Shown here: piece by piece, positions 1 through 7,037 of the stretch
Layout of the letters: the number at the start of each line of letters is the position of its first letter
Numbering within the stretch: the first letter of the stretch is position 1
Assembly: GCA_934255455.1 (NCBI GenBank)
Contig: CAKQNS010000003.1
Coordinates: 38,666-102,665 of the forward strand
Direction: 5' to 3'
Source: an uncultured Alphaproteobacteria bacterium
GTDB lineage: Bacteria; Pseudomonadota; Alphaproteobacteria; Rs-D84
Length of the DNA: 64,000 nucleotides
Made by a program: the position numbers and the translations under genes
Notes under the pieces: model-generated
Database searches by the model: none
What the model was told of the DNA's origin: nothing
Seen by the model: the letters and a program-made list of their open reading frames with translations, nothing else

Positions 1-1
1 C

Positions 2-538
2 CTGGTATACATTGATGCGCATTTGGATATTCACACGCCGGAATCATCCCGTGCCCAGGCGTCTGGTGCGCCACACGGCACAAATGTGCGCGCATTGGTG
101 GGCCAGGGTGATGAACGTTGGCTGGGACTGCAAGAACGCATGCCGGCATTAAACCCCGAAAATATATTCTATTTGGGTTCGCGTTCGTATGAACCAGCGG
201 AGATAGAGTTCGTTCGTGCCAACAATATATTTATGCGCACGCCCGATGATTTGAATTCGCCGGACCGGCTGGACGCCGTAATTGGGGAAATATTCCGTCA
301 AATTGACGGTCGCCCGTATGTTGTATCGTTTGATTTTGATGCAATTGACGCCGATGTGTTCAAATCTGTATTGGTGCCCGAACCAAATGGCATAACATTG
401 GCTGCCGCGCGCCAGTTGACACACGCGTTTGCGCCCGATGCACACAGTTTTGAATTTGTGGAATATGCTCCACGCGATGATGATGCACAGAGTGCGGAAA
501 TCGTGCGTGAATTGGTTGGCATTGCGTTGGCTGATTAA
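2..538 (+). CDS. arginase/agmatinase/formiminoglutamase-family ureohydrolase, C-terminal part (5' end lies outside the window)
   Basis: Frame-2 ORF is open to the window edge, so the listed TTG at 23 is internal. IDAHLD and SFDFDAIDAD match the metal-binding DAHxD and SxDxDxxD signatures of the ureohydrolase fold. Confidence 0.7.
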   Translation: MVYIDAHLDIHTPESSRAQASGAPHGTNVRALVGQGDERWLGLQERMPALNPENIFYLGSRSYEPAEIEFVRANNIFMRTPDDLNSPDRLDAVIGEIFRQIDGRPYVVSFDFDAIDADVFKSVLVPEPNGITLAAARQLTHAFAPDAHSFEFVEYAPRDDDAQSAEIVRELVGIALAD

Positions 539-720
539 ATCTCGCCACACATCAGATTATGTTGATAAATATTGCGGGCCAAATCGTCACTGATTTGGCC
601 CCAGTCATTTGCATGTCCATAAATTGGTATGCATGGTGGGCAAGTATTATTCGACAATGGTGTATTTTTCGCGCAAGATGCGACGAATATCACGCATGCC
701 AGTATGCATAGTTTTCTCAT
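535..720 (-). CDS. small lipoprotein (61 aa), unknown function
   Basis: Signal peptide with lipobox FVAS|C (MRKLCILACVIFVASC). Cys/Pro-containing mature part. The start lies inside the 3' end of ORF 647..871 in another frame. Confidence 0.4.
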   Translation of the reverse strand: MRKLCILACVIFVASCAKNTPLSNNTCPPCIPIYGHANDWGQISDDLARNIYQHNLMCGEI

Positions 721-871
721 TTATCTTTACCTGGTGTTGAATAATTTGTGTTTGTTGCGTTGTGGTGGTACGTGCCGTATTTCTTTCGCATCGCAGTGTG
801 CCGATACGCGCCCCGGTGGCAAACGCAAATAAAATAAATGCGGCCATCGCCGCAATCAGATATATTTTCAT
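647..871 (-). CDS. small N-terminally membrane-anchored protein (74 aa), unknown function
   Basis: N-terminal hydrophobic helix IYLIAAMAAFILFAFATGA followed by a polar Q/T/R-rich tail. Begins just after the rho terminator. Confidence 0.4.
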   Translation of the reverse strand: MKIYLIAAMAAFILFAFATGARIGTLRCERNTARTTTTQQTQIIQHQVKINEKTMHTGMRDIRRILREKYTIVE

Positions 872-883
872 CGGGTTGTTTCC

Positions 884-911
884 AAAAAAAACGCGCCATT
901 GGCGCGTTTTT
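884..911. terminator. bidirectional intrinsic terminator downstream of rho
   Basis: AAAAAAAACGCGCC-ATT-GGCGCGTTTTT: GC stem flanked by an A-run and a T-run. Confidence 0.7.
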
Positions 912-912
912 G

Positions 913-2181
913 TTATTGATTCATTGAACTGAAAAAATCAGCATTTGTTTTGGTCAAACGCAATTTATCCAGCAAAAATTCCATGGCCTCGAGCGTGCCC
1001 ATTGGGTTGATGATGCGGCGCAAGACATACATTTTCGATAATGTGTCTTTGCCCACCAACAGGTCTTCCTTGCGGGTGCCGGATTTGGTGATGTCGATTG
1101 CCGGGTACACGCGTTTGTCGGACAGTTTGCGGTCCAAGATGATTTCACTGTTGCCGGTCCCCTTGAACTCTTCGAAAATAACCTCGTCCATTTTTGACCC
1201 GGTATCAACCAGTGCGGTCGCAATGATGGTCAGGCTGCCGCCACCCTCGATATTACGGGCGGCACCAAAGAAGCGTTTTGGGCGTTGCAACGCGTATGCG
1301 TCAACACCACCGGTCAAAACCTTGCCGCTGGATGGAACGCATGTGTTGTACGCACGGCCCAGACGTGTGATAGAATCCAACAAGATGACGACATCTTGGC
1401 CGGCCTCGACCAAACGTTTGGCCTTTTCAATAACCATTTCGGCAACCTGGATATGGCGCGCGGCGGGTTCATCAAATGTGGACGAAATAACCTCGCCCTT
1501 GACGCTGCGCTGCATATCGGTCACTTCTTCGGGGCGTTCGTCAATCAGCAACACAATCAGTTTTACATCTGGATAATTCGTCGCGATTGAATGCGCGATG
1601 TTTTGCAACATAACGGTTTTTCCAGTGCGCGGTGGTGCAACAATCAGACTGCGCTGGCCCTTGCCGGTTGGGGAAATCAGGTCAATTACGCGTGCGGACA
1701 GACTGCGTCCCTTGTCCTTGTCGTCCGTCACCTCCATCCGCAGCATTTCGTCGGGGTACAGTGGTGTCATATCGTCAAACGACACGCGGTGGCGCAATTT
1801 TTCCGGCGCATCGCCGTTGACGCGTTCAATTGTTTCCAGCGCAAAATAGCGTTCGGATTCGTTTTGTGGGGCCTGGATTTGACCCTCGACATAGTCGCCG
1901 GTTTTCAAACCGTATTTTTTAATCAAATTTGGCGACACATACAAATCATCTGGCCCGGCCAGATAGTTGCTTTCCGGCGCGCGCAGGAACCCAAAACCAT
2001 CCTGCATCCGTTCCAGAACGCCGTCACCAATCAATGTAATTTTGTTATCGGCCGCAAACACGCGCATCACGGCAAAGCGCAATTGTTGCACATTTAACTG
2101 TGACGGGTTTTCAATGCCCATATCTTCGGCCATTTTCAGCAATTGCTGTGGCGATTTCGCCTTGATTTCATTTATATGCAT
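913..2181 (-). CDS. rho: transcription termination factor Rho
   Basis: [26 protein letters not shown]-terminus, RNA-binding domain, Walker A PPRTGKT, and a typical C-terminus. I chose the ATG at 2181. The longer listed ORF, reaching 2418, runs into the ssb promoter and start region. Confidence 0.95.
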   Translation of the reverse strand: MHINEIKAKSPQQLLKMAEDMGIENPSQLNVQQLRFAVMRVFAADNKITLIGDGVLERMQDGFGFLRAPESNYLAGPDDLYVSPNLIKKYGLKTGDYVEGQIQAPQNESERYFALETIERVNGDAPEKLRHRVSFDDMTPLYPDEMLRMEVTDDKDKGRSLSARVIDLISPTGKGQRSLIVAPPRTGKTVMLQNIAHSIATNYPDVKLIVLLIDERPEEVTDMQRSVKGEVISSTFDEPAARHIQVAEMVIEKAKRLVEAGQDVVILLDSITRLGRAYNTCVPSSGKVLTGGVDAYALQRPKRFFGAARNIEGGGSLTIIATALVDTGSKMDEVIFEEFKGTGNSEIILDRKLSDKRVYPAIDITKSGTRKEDLLVGKDTLSKMYVLRRIINPMGTLEAMEFLLDKLRLTKTNADFFSSMNQ

Positions 2182-2351
2182 AAATAATCCTTTTGTGGGA
2201 ATGGGGTGTTGCGAGAATTCGCGCCCAACTTGTCTTTTGACCCATTTATTATACGCCTTTTGCCCCAAAAAGTCAAGATTTGTTATTTTTGCTTGATTTA
2301 TTGGCGCGTAATTGCTTTCATTAAACATACAATTAAACAAAGGAAGCGAAT

Positions 2352-2801
2352 ATGGCAGGCAGTATAAATAAAGTAATATTGGTTGGTAATGTGGGTCAAG
2401 AACCCCAGGTGCGCACAATGCAAAGCGGACAAAAAGTTGTCAGTTTTTCATTGGCCACATCGGACAGATGGCGTGACCGCACGACCGGTGAACAGAAAGA
2501 ACAAACAGAATGGCATCGCGTTGTGATTTTCAATCCTAATTTGGTTGATGTTGCGGAACGTATGTTGCAAAAGGGCACCAAATTGTATCTGGAAGGTTCG
2601 TTGCGCACACGCAAATGGCAAAATCAGCAGGGCGCCGATGTTTTCACGACCGAGGTTGTGTTGAACCAATTCGCGGGTCAAATGGTTATTTTGTCGGGCG
2701 CAAAAAGCCTGGACCAGGGTATGAATGACGCCCCGGCGGCGGCCCCAGCCCCACGCGAAGAAATTTCCGTTGCCGACATCGGTGACGACATCCCATTTTA
2801 A
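2352..2801 (+). CDS. ssb: single-stranded DNA-binding protein
   Basis: [16 protein letters not shown]-fold N-terminus and acidic C-terminal tip DDIPF. AGGAAG Shine-Dalgarno sequence upstream. Confidence 0.95.
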   Translation: MAGSINKVILVGNVGQEPQVRTMQSGQKVVSFSLATSDRWRDRTTGEQKEQTEWHRVVIFNPNLVDVAERMLQKGTKLYLEGSLRTRKWQNQQGADVFTTEVVLNQFAGQMVILSGAKSLDQGMNDAPAAAPAPREEISVADIGDDIPF

Positions 2802-2905
2802 TGGGTGGCGTCACCGGATTTTGCGTATGCAAAATCAATCGGTGATGAAACCAAGCGCCGGCGCAGGTTCCGTGTAGCCGCGCGAAACGACATCCCTTTT
2901 TAATA

Positions 2906-2930
2906 AAAACCGCCCCATGGGGCGGTTTTT
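2906..2930 (+). terminator. intrinsic terminator of ssb
   Basis: AAAAACCGCCCC-AT-GGGGCGGTTTTT. Confidence 0.75.
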
Positions 2931-2933
2931 CAG

Positions 2934-2961
2934 AGTTCAAATACCAAAGTTCAAAGTGCAT
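2934..2961 (+). repeat. 4-unit heptamer array, AGTTCAA type
   Basis: AGTTCAA ATACCAA AGTTCAA AGTGCAT, starting 3 nt after the ssb terminator. Confidence 0.7.
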
Positions 2962-2990
2962 CCGTCTCCGCTGTGCTCCGCCGTGATAAA

Positions 2991-3023
2991 AATAATGTGT
3001 GCGCCATTCGGCGCACTTTTTTT
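2991..3023 (+). terminator. hairpin/terminator module; its 27-nt core recurs inverted at 46878..46904
   Basis: AATAATGTGTGCGCC-ATTC-GGCGCACT followed by a T-run. Positions 2991..3017 are the exact reverse complement of 46878..46904. Confidence 0.6.
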
Positions 3024-3157
3024 ATTCCCGTCGCGGTCTAAAATCCCCTTCGCCCGGCGAAGGGGTGCCCGCATAAGCGGGCGGGGTAGTGGTATTGCAA
3101 TATCGGTAATCGTGCACAGTTATGCCGTTTATATGAATTTTTGCCGATGCGCAGGAC

Positions 3158-3186
3158 TTGAAACGCGGGGGTAAAAGTATTACAAT
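3158..3186 (+). promoter_or_regulatory. sigma70-like promoter for the 3220 gene
   Basis: TTGAAA, 17-nt spacer, TACAAT, about 34 nt upstream of the ATG. Confidence 0.45.
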
Positions 3187-3219
3187 GTTAATCACATAGA
3201 CAAGGAAAGGGAGTTTAAT

Positions 3220-3864
3220 ATGCCAAAAAAAGAACCAGTTAAAAAATTTGCACCAAAACGCGTGCGCGCGACCCACGTGCGGCGTGCATCATCGGACCCG
3301 GCCGCGGCGGCGGTCCAGCGCCTGTACGATAAATCGGCACCATTGTTGGTATGCGAGGCCATATTGTTTGGTGCCGCGGCAATATGGATGTTTTTCAAGC
3401 CAGTTGTCATTTTGACCGTGCTGACATTCATTATTGGCATCGGATTGGTGCTGTTTGGAATGTATCGCGCGATTTCCGGATTCATTGTGTCGCGTAATAT
3501 CGGCGGCGGTTGGGTTGATGTAATATTCGGTTTGATAAACATAGTGTTGGGTGTGCTGTTCTGTGTGTACCCGACCGGTTCAATTATCGGCATTGCATTG
3601 ATTTTTGTGGTGCTGTTTTTCTTCAAAGCATTGCGCGCATTGGTGTTTGCCATCAATATGGCGCGTGCGCGGTTTGGACATTGGGTAATTGACCTGGTTG
3701 TTGCAATTGCGTTGGTCGCGTTGGCGGTGGCATTGTTGTTCCGGCCAATGGCGGCACCGGTTGCGGTGGTGTATTACCTGGCCGTCACATTGTTGTTGTA
3801 TGCGGCATCAGATATATACATGTATATCGAATTGCTGAAATTAAAACGCAGTGTATTGGATTAG
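3220..3864 (+). CDS. HdeD/DUF308-like multi-pass membrane protein
   Basis: Six hydrophobic helices with the repeated Gly-rich pattern of DUF308 (GIGLVLFGMYRAISGF, GLINIVLGVLF). GGAAAGGGAG Shine-Dalgarno sequence. Confidence 0.55.
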   Translation: MPKKEPVKKFAPKRVRATHVRRASSDPAAAAVQRLYDKSAPLLVCEAILFGAAAIWMFFKPVVILTVLTFIIGIGLVLFGMYRAISGFIVSRNIGGGWVDVIFGLINIVLGVLFCVYPTGSIIGIALIFVVLFFFKALRALVFAINMARARFGHWVIDLVVAIALVALAVALLFRPMAAPVAVVYYLAVTLLLYAASDIYMYIELLKLKRSVLD

Positions 3865-3876
3865 TAAACGCAAAGT

Positions 3877-3912
3877 ATAAAAATCCCCGCCAGTTTGGCG
3901 GGGTGTTTTTTT
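3877..3912. terminator. bidirectional intrinsic terminator
   Basis: AAAAATCCCCGCC-AGTT-TGGCGGGGTGTTTTTTT. Confidence 0.7.
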
Positions 3913-3918
3913 GTGAAA

Positions 3919-4109
3919 CTGGCGCGCCCTGCAGGATTGGCTGACGCCGCCCGTGCAAAATCGCCTGCGGCGAACGGCGTGTTTCCGCCTTTTTGCGACG
4001 GGTCGAACCGCTTAACTCGCAGGTTCAAATCCTGGTGCTCGCACAAAATAAAAAATACCCACGGCTCACACCGTGGGTATTTCTTATCTCTGGCGCGCCC
4101 TGCAGGATT
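3919..4109 (-). mobile_element. tRNA-Arg-associated mini-element (element A), bounded by 20-nt direct repeats of the tRNA 3' end
   Basis: CTGGCGCGCCCTGCAGGATT occurs at 4090..4109 (the 3' end of tRNA-Arg) and again at 3919..3938. The interval carries its own terminator, an inverted T-arm-like copy, and sequence alignable to element B at 39906..40063. Confidence 0.5.
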
Positions 4110-4167
4110 CGAACCTGCGACCTGCGGATTAGAAATCCGATGCTCTATCCAGCTGGGCTAAGGGCGC
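4091..4167 (-). tRNA. tRNA-Arg (anticodon UCU)
   Basis: Reverse complement reads GCGCCCTTAGCCCAGCTGGATAGAGCATCGGATTTCTAATCCGCAGGTCGCAGGTTCGAATCCTGCAGGGCGCGCCA. Cloverleaf folds, anticodon loop UUUCUAA, encoded CCA. Confidence 0.9.
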
Positions 4168-4299
4168 ACGGTCGCTATTCTATACTATCTTTCGGGAAAT
4201 TTCAAGTTTTGTATAAATGCACCCGGGAAATCGTTCCTGTGGCGGGTGGGGCGGGGTGCGCGGTATAATTTGGGTATCAGAGTTCAAAGGAGAGCATAC

Positions 4300-4773
4300 A
4301 TGCGACGTGTATTTCAATTTATTTTGGCCATGGTGTTGGCGTTTATTCCCGATGTTATTGGTGCCATGTTTTCACCACATGGGCCGTCCGATGTTTGGTA
4401 TAATGCGTTGAGCAAATCAGCACTGACACCCGATGGATGGGTGTTTGCGCTGGCGTGGACAATATTATACGCATTGATTGGTGTGTCGTTATTCTTGGTC
4501 ATACGCAGCGACAAAACGCGCCGTTCGAAAACGCCGGCATACTTGCTGTTTTTGGTTCAAATGGTGTTGAACGCAATGTGGTCGTATGTGTTCTTTGGTC
4601 TGCATTTGGCGGGTGCGGCATTGATAGTTTTAATTGGTCTGATTGGCATCACCATTTGGATGATGAGTGTGTTTCATGTTTTCGATAAATGGGCGTCGTA
4701 TTTACTGTGGCCATATTTATTATGGATGCTGTTTGCGACATACCTGAATGTTATGATTGTTTTGTTGAATTAA
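4300..4773 (+). CDS. tspO: TspO/MBR family tryptophan-rich sensory protein
   Basis: Five TM helices with characteristic Trp/Tyr-rich motifs (WYNAL, LAWTILY, NAMWSYVFFG, LLWPYLLWMLFATYLN). AAAGGAGAG Shine-Dalgarno sequence and TATAAT at 4265..4270. Confidence 0.8.
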   Translation: MRRVFQFILAMVLAFIPDVIGAMFSPHGPSDVWYNALSKSALTPDGWVFALAWTILYALIGVSLFLVIRSDKTRRSKTPAYLLFLVQMVLNAMWSYVFFGLHLAGAALIVLIGLIGITIWMMSVFHVFDKWASYLLWPYLLWMLFATYLNVMIVLLN

Positions 4774-4800
4774 AAAATCCCCGCAAACGCGGGGATTTTT
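4772..4800. terminator. bidirectional terminator between tspO and ftsB
   Basis: AAAAAATCCCCGC-AAAC-GCGGGGATTTTT. Confidence 0.75.
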
Positions 4801-4805
4801 AATGG

Positions 4806-5141
4806 CTATATTTTCAAAATCTTGAATTTAGGGTCGCCAATGTTCAGGTATTTTAACCCCAGTTCCTGGACATAATCGGGGCTGGCCGATTGCAATAATT
4901 CAATGTGGCGGTTTATGGCGTCCAGTTTTTCGCGCTGGGTCGCCAATTCGGTTTGCTCGGCATCCAAACGCCATATATTTACAATAAACCGTTGAACATT
5001 CACCGTGCCCCAAAATATGCGCACAAACATAAACAGCGCAAATGCAACCATTAAAACGCCAATCTTGCCACGCCAACTGGCATCCCAGGCGCGCCCAATA
5101 AACCCAAAGAAATTTTTGATTTTTTCCTTCATCGGTGCCAT
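4806..5141 (-). CDS. ftsB: septum formation initiator (FtsB/DivIC family)
   Basis: Single N-terminal TM followed by a coiled coil (LDAEQTELATQREKLDAINRHIELL) and a C-terminal YVQELGLKYLN-type motif. The start could instead be the ATG at 5132. Confidence 0.7.
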   Translation of the reverse strand: MAPMKEKIKNFFGFIGRAWDASWRGKIGVLMVAFALFMFVRIFWGTVNVQRFIVNIWRLDAEQTELATQREKLDAINRHIELLQSASPDYVQELGLKYLNIGDPKFKILKI

Positions 5142-5151
5142 TATATCACAA

Positions 5152-6084
5152 ATGTTTAGTGATAATCAAATTTTTGCTGCACCGTTAGCGGGAATTACCG
5201 ACCGGCCGTTTCGGCGGGTCTTGCGTGCGTTTGCGCCAAATGCGCCGCTGGTCACGGAAATGATTTCATGCCATTCGTTGGTTGCGGCGCATAAAAATTG
5301 TCCGCGTAATTTCGACCGATATGATGACGAGGACCCCATAGGTGCCCAGATTTTTGGTGCCGATGTGAATTTAATGGCCGACGCGGCGCGCATTTTACAG
5401 GACGCGGGTGCACGGTGGATTGATATAAATATGGGCTGTCCCGTGCCCAAGGTTGCAACGCGTGCCGGGGCGGGGGCGTACCTGATGCGGGACCATTTGT
5501 TGGCCGGTAAAATAATGGCGGCGGTGGTGCGTGCAGTCGATATTCCGGTGTCGGTCAAAACCCGCCTGGGGTGGGATGATGCGCATCGTGACTGGCGTGA
5601 ACTGGTGCGCATTGCCGCGGACTCTGGTGTTCGGTTTGCCTCGTTGCATGGGCGGACGCGTGCCCAATTATATGTTTGCCCGGCGGCGCATCCCGATGTG
5701 TCGCACGCGCCGATTCCGATTATTGCAAATGGTGATATTGCGACCGCGGCGGATGCAGCCGACATGGAAAAATTGGGCTATGCAGGTGTGATGATTGGGC
5801 GCGCAATGTTGGGACGTCCATGGGTGCTGGGGCAAATTGCGGGGCGCGAATGCGCACCGGACAATGTCGGTCGTGTGGTGTTGCAACATTTGGAATATGC
5901 AATTGAATACTATGGCGCGGCGGTGGCGGTGCCCATGTTTCGCAAACATGCCGCATGGTATTCAGCGGGGCGCCCGAATTCGGCGGGCTTTCGCATACGG
6001 GTAAACCAAATTACCGATGCGGATGCATTGCGTGATGCAATTCGTGAATTTTGGGGTTGCGGCCTGGAAAATATAGGTTTATGA
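5152..6084 (+). CDS. dus: tRNA-dihydrouridine synthase
   Basis: FAAPLAGITDRPFRRV N-terminus, DINMGCP catalytic-Cys motif, and a TIM-barrel pattern. Start chosen at MFSDNQ; the longer listed ORF overlaps ftsB antisense. Confidence 0.85.
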   Translation: MFSDNQIFAAPLAGITDRPFRRVLRAFAPNAPLVTEMISCHSLVAAHKNCPRNFDRYDDEDPIGAQIFGADVNLMADAARILQDAGARWIDINMGCPVPKVATRAGAGAYLMRDHLLAGKIMAAVVRAVDIPVSVKTRLGWDDAHRDWRELVRIAADSGVRFASLHGRTRAQLYVCPAAHPDVSHAPIPIIANGDIATAADAADMEKLGYAGVMIGRAMLGRPWVLGQIAGRECAPDNVGRVVLQHLEYAIEYYGAAVAVPMFRKHAAWYSAGRPNSAGFRIRVNQITDADALRDAIREFWGCGLENIGL

Positions 6085-6103
6085 TAGTGCATAACAAGGA
6101 AAA

Positions 6104-6964
6104 ATGACTATGAATGAAAATGACGCTTTACCACAGTTGGAAATTACCGCCGGCGAAATGTTGCGCAACGCGCGCACAACCGGTCGTCGCAAACGCGAAA
6201 TTCCAACCATCGCGAAGCAGTTGTGTATTCGCGAGGAATTTTTACAGGCACTGGAAGATGGCAATTACAATGTGATTCCAGAACCGGTCTATATTTTGGG
6301 TTTTGCGCGTAATTACGCCATGGAATTGGGGTTAGATCCGGATGAAATCGTTGCAAAGTTAAAGCGCGAAATGGGGCTGTCTGGTGAATGCCAGGCGCAT
6401 TCTGACAAAGAAGACGCCGCCGATGATGGCGTCGCGTGTGCTTGTGCGGGGCGTGGCCAGACATTGCGCGCGTGGTTTCAACACCTGTGGGCGTTTGTTC
6501 GTGTTCATTGGAAATGGTTCGCAGCGGGTATATCGGCGCTGATTTTGTTCATAATTTTGATGTCGTTACTATTGTCGGGGGGGCAATCGGTGGCTGATGC
6601 TGCTGCTACGCCTGATGATGTGGCGGCCACTGAACAGGCGCCAGTTGAGCCAAAATTCACGGTTGCTGTTCGCGAACGCTTTGGCGCCGACAATCGTGCC
6701 AAGGGCACCGTGGTTTTGCAGGCAATTGATGAATCCTGGGTCAAGGTCGAAGATGCGCGTGGCAACACCGTATTCAGCCGTGTTTTGGTGCCGGGCGATG
6801 TTTATTATGTGTCGGCGGCCCAGAATCAAAAGGCGACTTTTGGTAATGCTGGCGGCATTGATATTTGGGTCGGTGGCAAATTAGCACCGCGGGCAGGGGC
6901 GGATCACACCCGTAAATCCGGGATTTCATTGAACCCCGACAAATTGAGGGCATCGGCCAATTAA
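6104..6964 (+). CDS. rodZ: RodZ-like cytoskeleton protein (HTH + TM + DUF4115-like C-terminus)
   Basis: N-terminal XRE-type HTH (GEMLRNARTTGRRKREIPTIAKQLCIREEFLQALEDGNY), a central TM, and a C-terminal beta domain (VVLQAIDESWVKVEDARGNTVFSRVLVPGDVY). Confidence 0.7.
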   Translation: MTMNENDALPQLEITAGEMLRNARTTGRRKREIPTIAKQLCIREEFLQALEDGNYNVIPEPVYILGFARNYAMELGLDPDEIVAKLKREMGLSGECQAHSDKEDAADDGVACACAGRGQTLRAWFQHLWAFVRVHWKWFAAGISALILFIILMSLLLSGGQSVADAAATPDDVAATEQAPVEPKFTVAVRERFGADNRAKGTVVLQAIDESWVKVEDARGNTVFSRVLVPGDVYYVSAAQNQKATFGNAGGIDIWVGGKLAPRAGADHTRKSGISLNPDKLRASAN

Positions 6965-7037
6965 ATAAATTCACAGGGGCGAAAGATTTTTCGCCCTTTG
7001 TATTGAAAATCGCGACAAATTATCTATATCAATCACT

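Noticed and set aside
2182-2418. 79-aa N-terminal extension of the rho ORF.
   Set aside because: It runs through the divergent ssb promoter and start. Canonical Rho begins at [15 protein letters not shown], giving a normal ~422-aa protein.
2934-2961. Could the heptamer or octamer arrays be CRISPR arrays or plasmid-type iterons?
   Set aside because: The units are 7-8 nt and directly abutting, with no spacers, and there are only 3-4 copies. No cas or rep genes are present.
3985-4045. A T-arm-like sequence (GCAGGTTCAAATCCTG) on the plus strand, possibly a tRNA or a piece of a permuted alphaproteobacterial tmRNA.
   Set aside because: It cannot be folded into a full cloverleaf, and there is no tag-peptide reading frame or CCA-ended acceptor stem. 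It is better explained as the inverted T-arm copy inside element A.
5166-5765. 199-aa minus-strand ORF and several shorter ones inside 5.2-6.1 kb.
   Set aside because: They are antisense to the dihydrouridine synthase gene, are Ala/Arg/Ser-rich, and have no start context.
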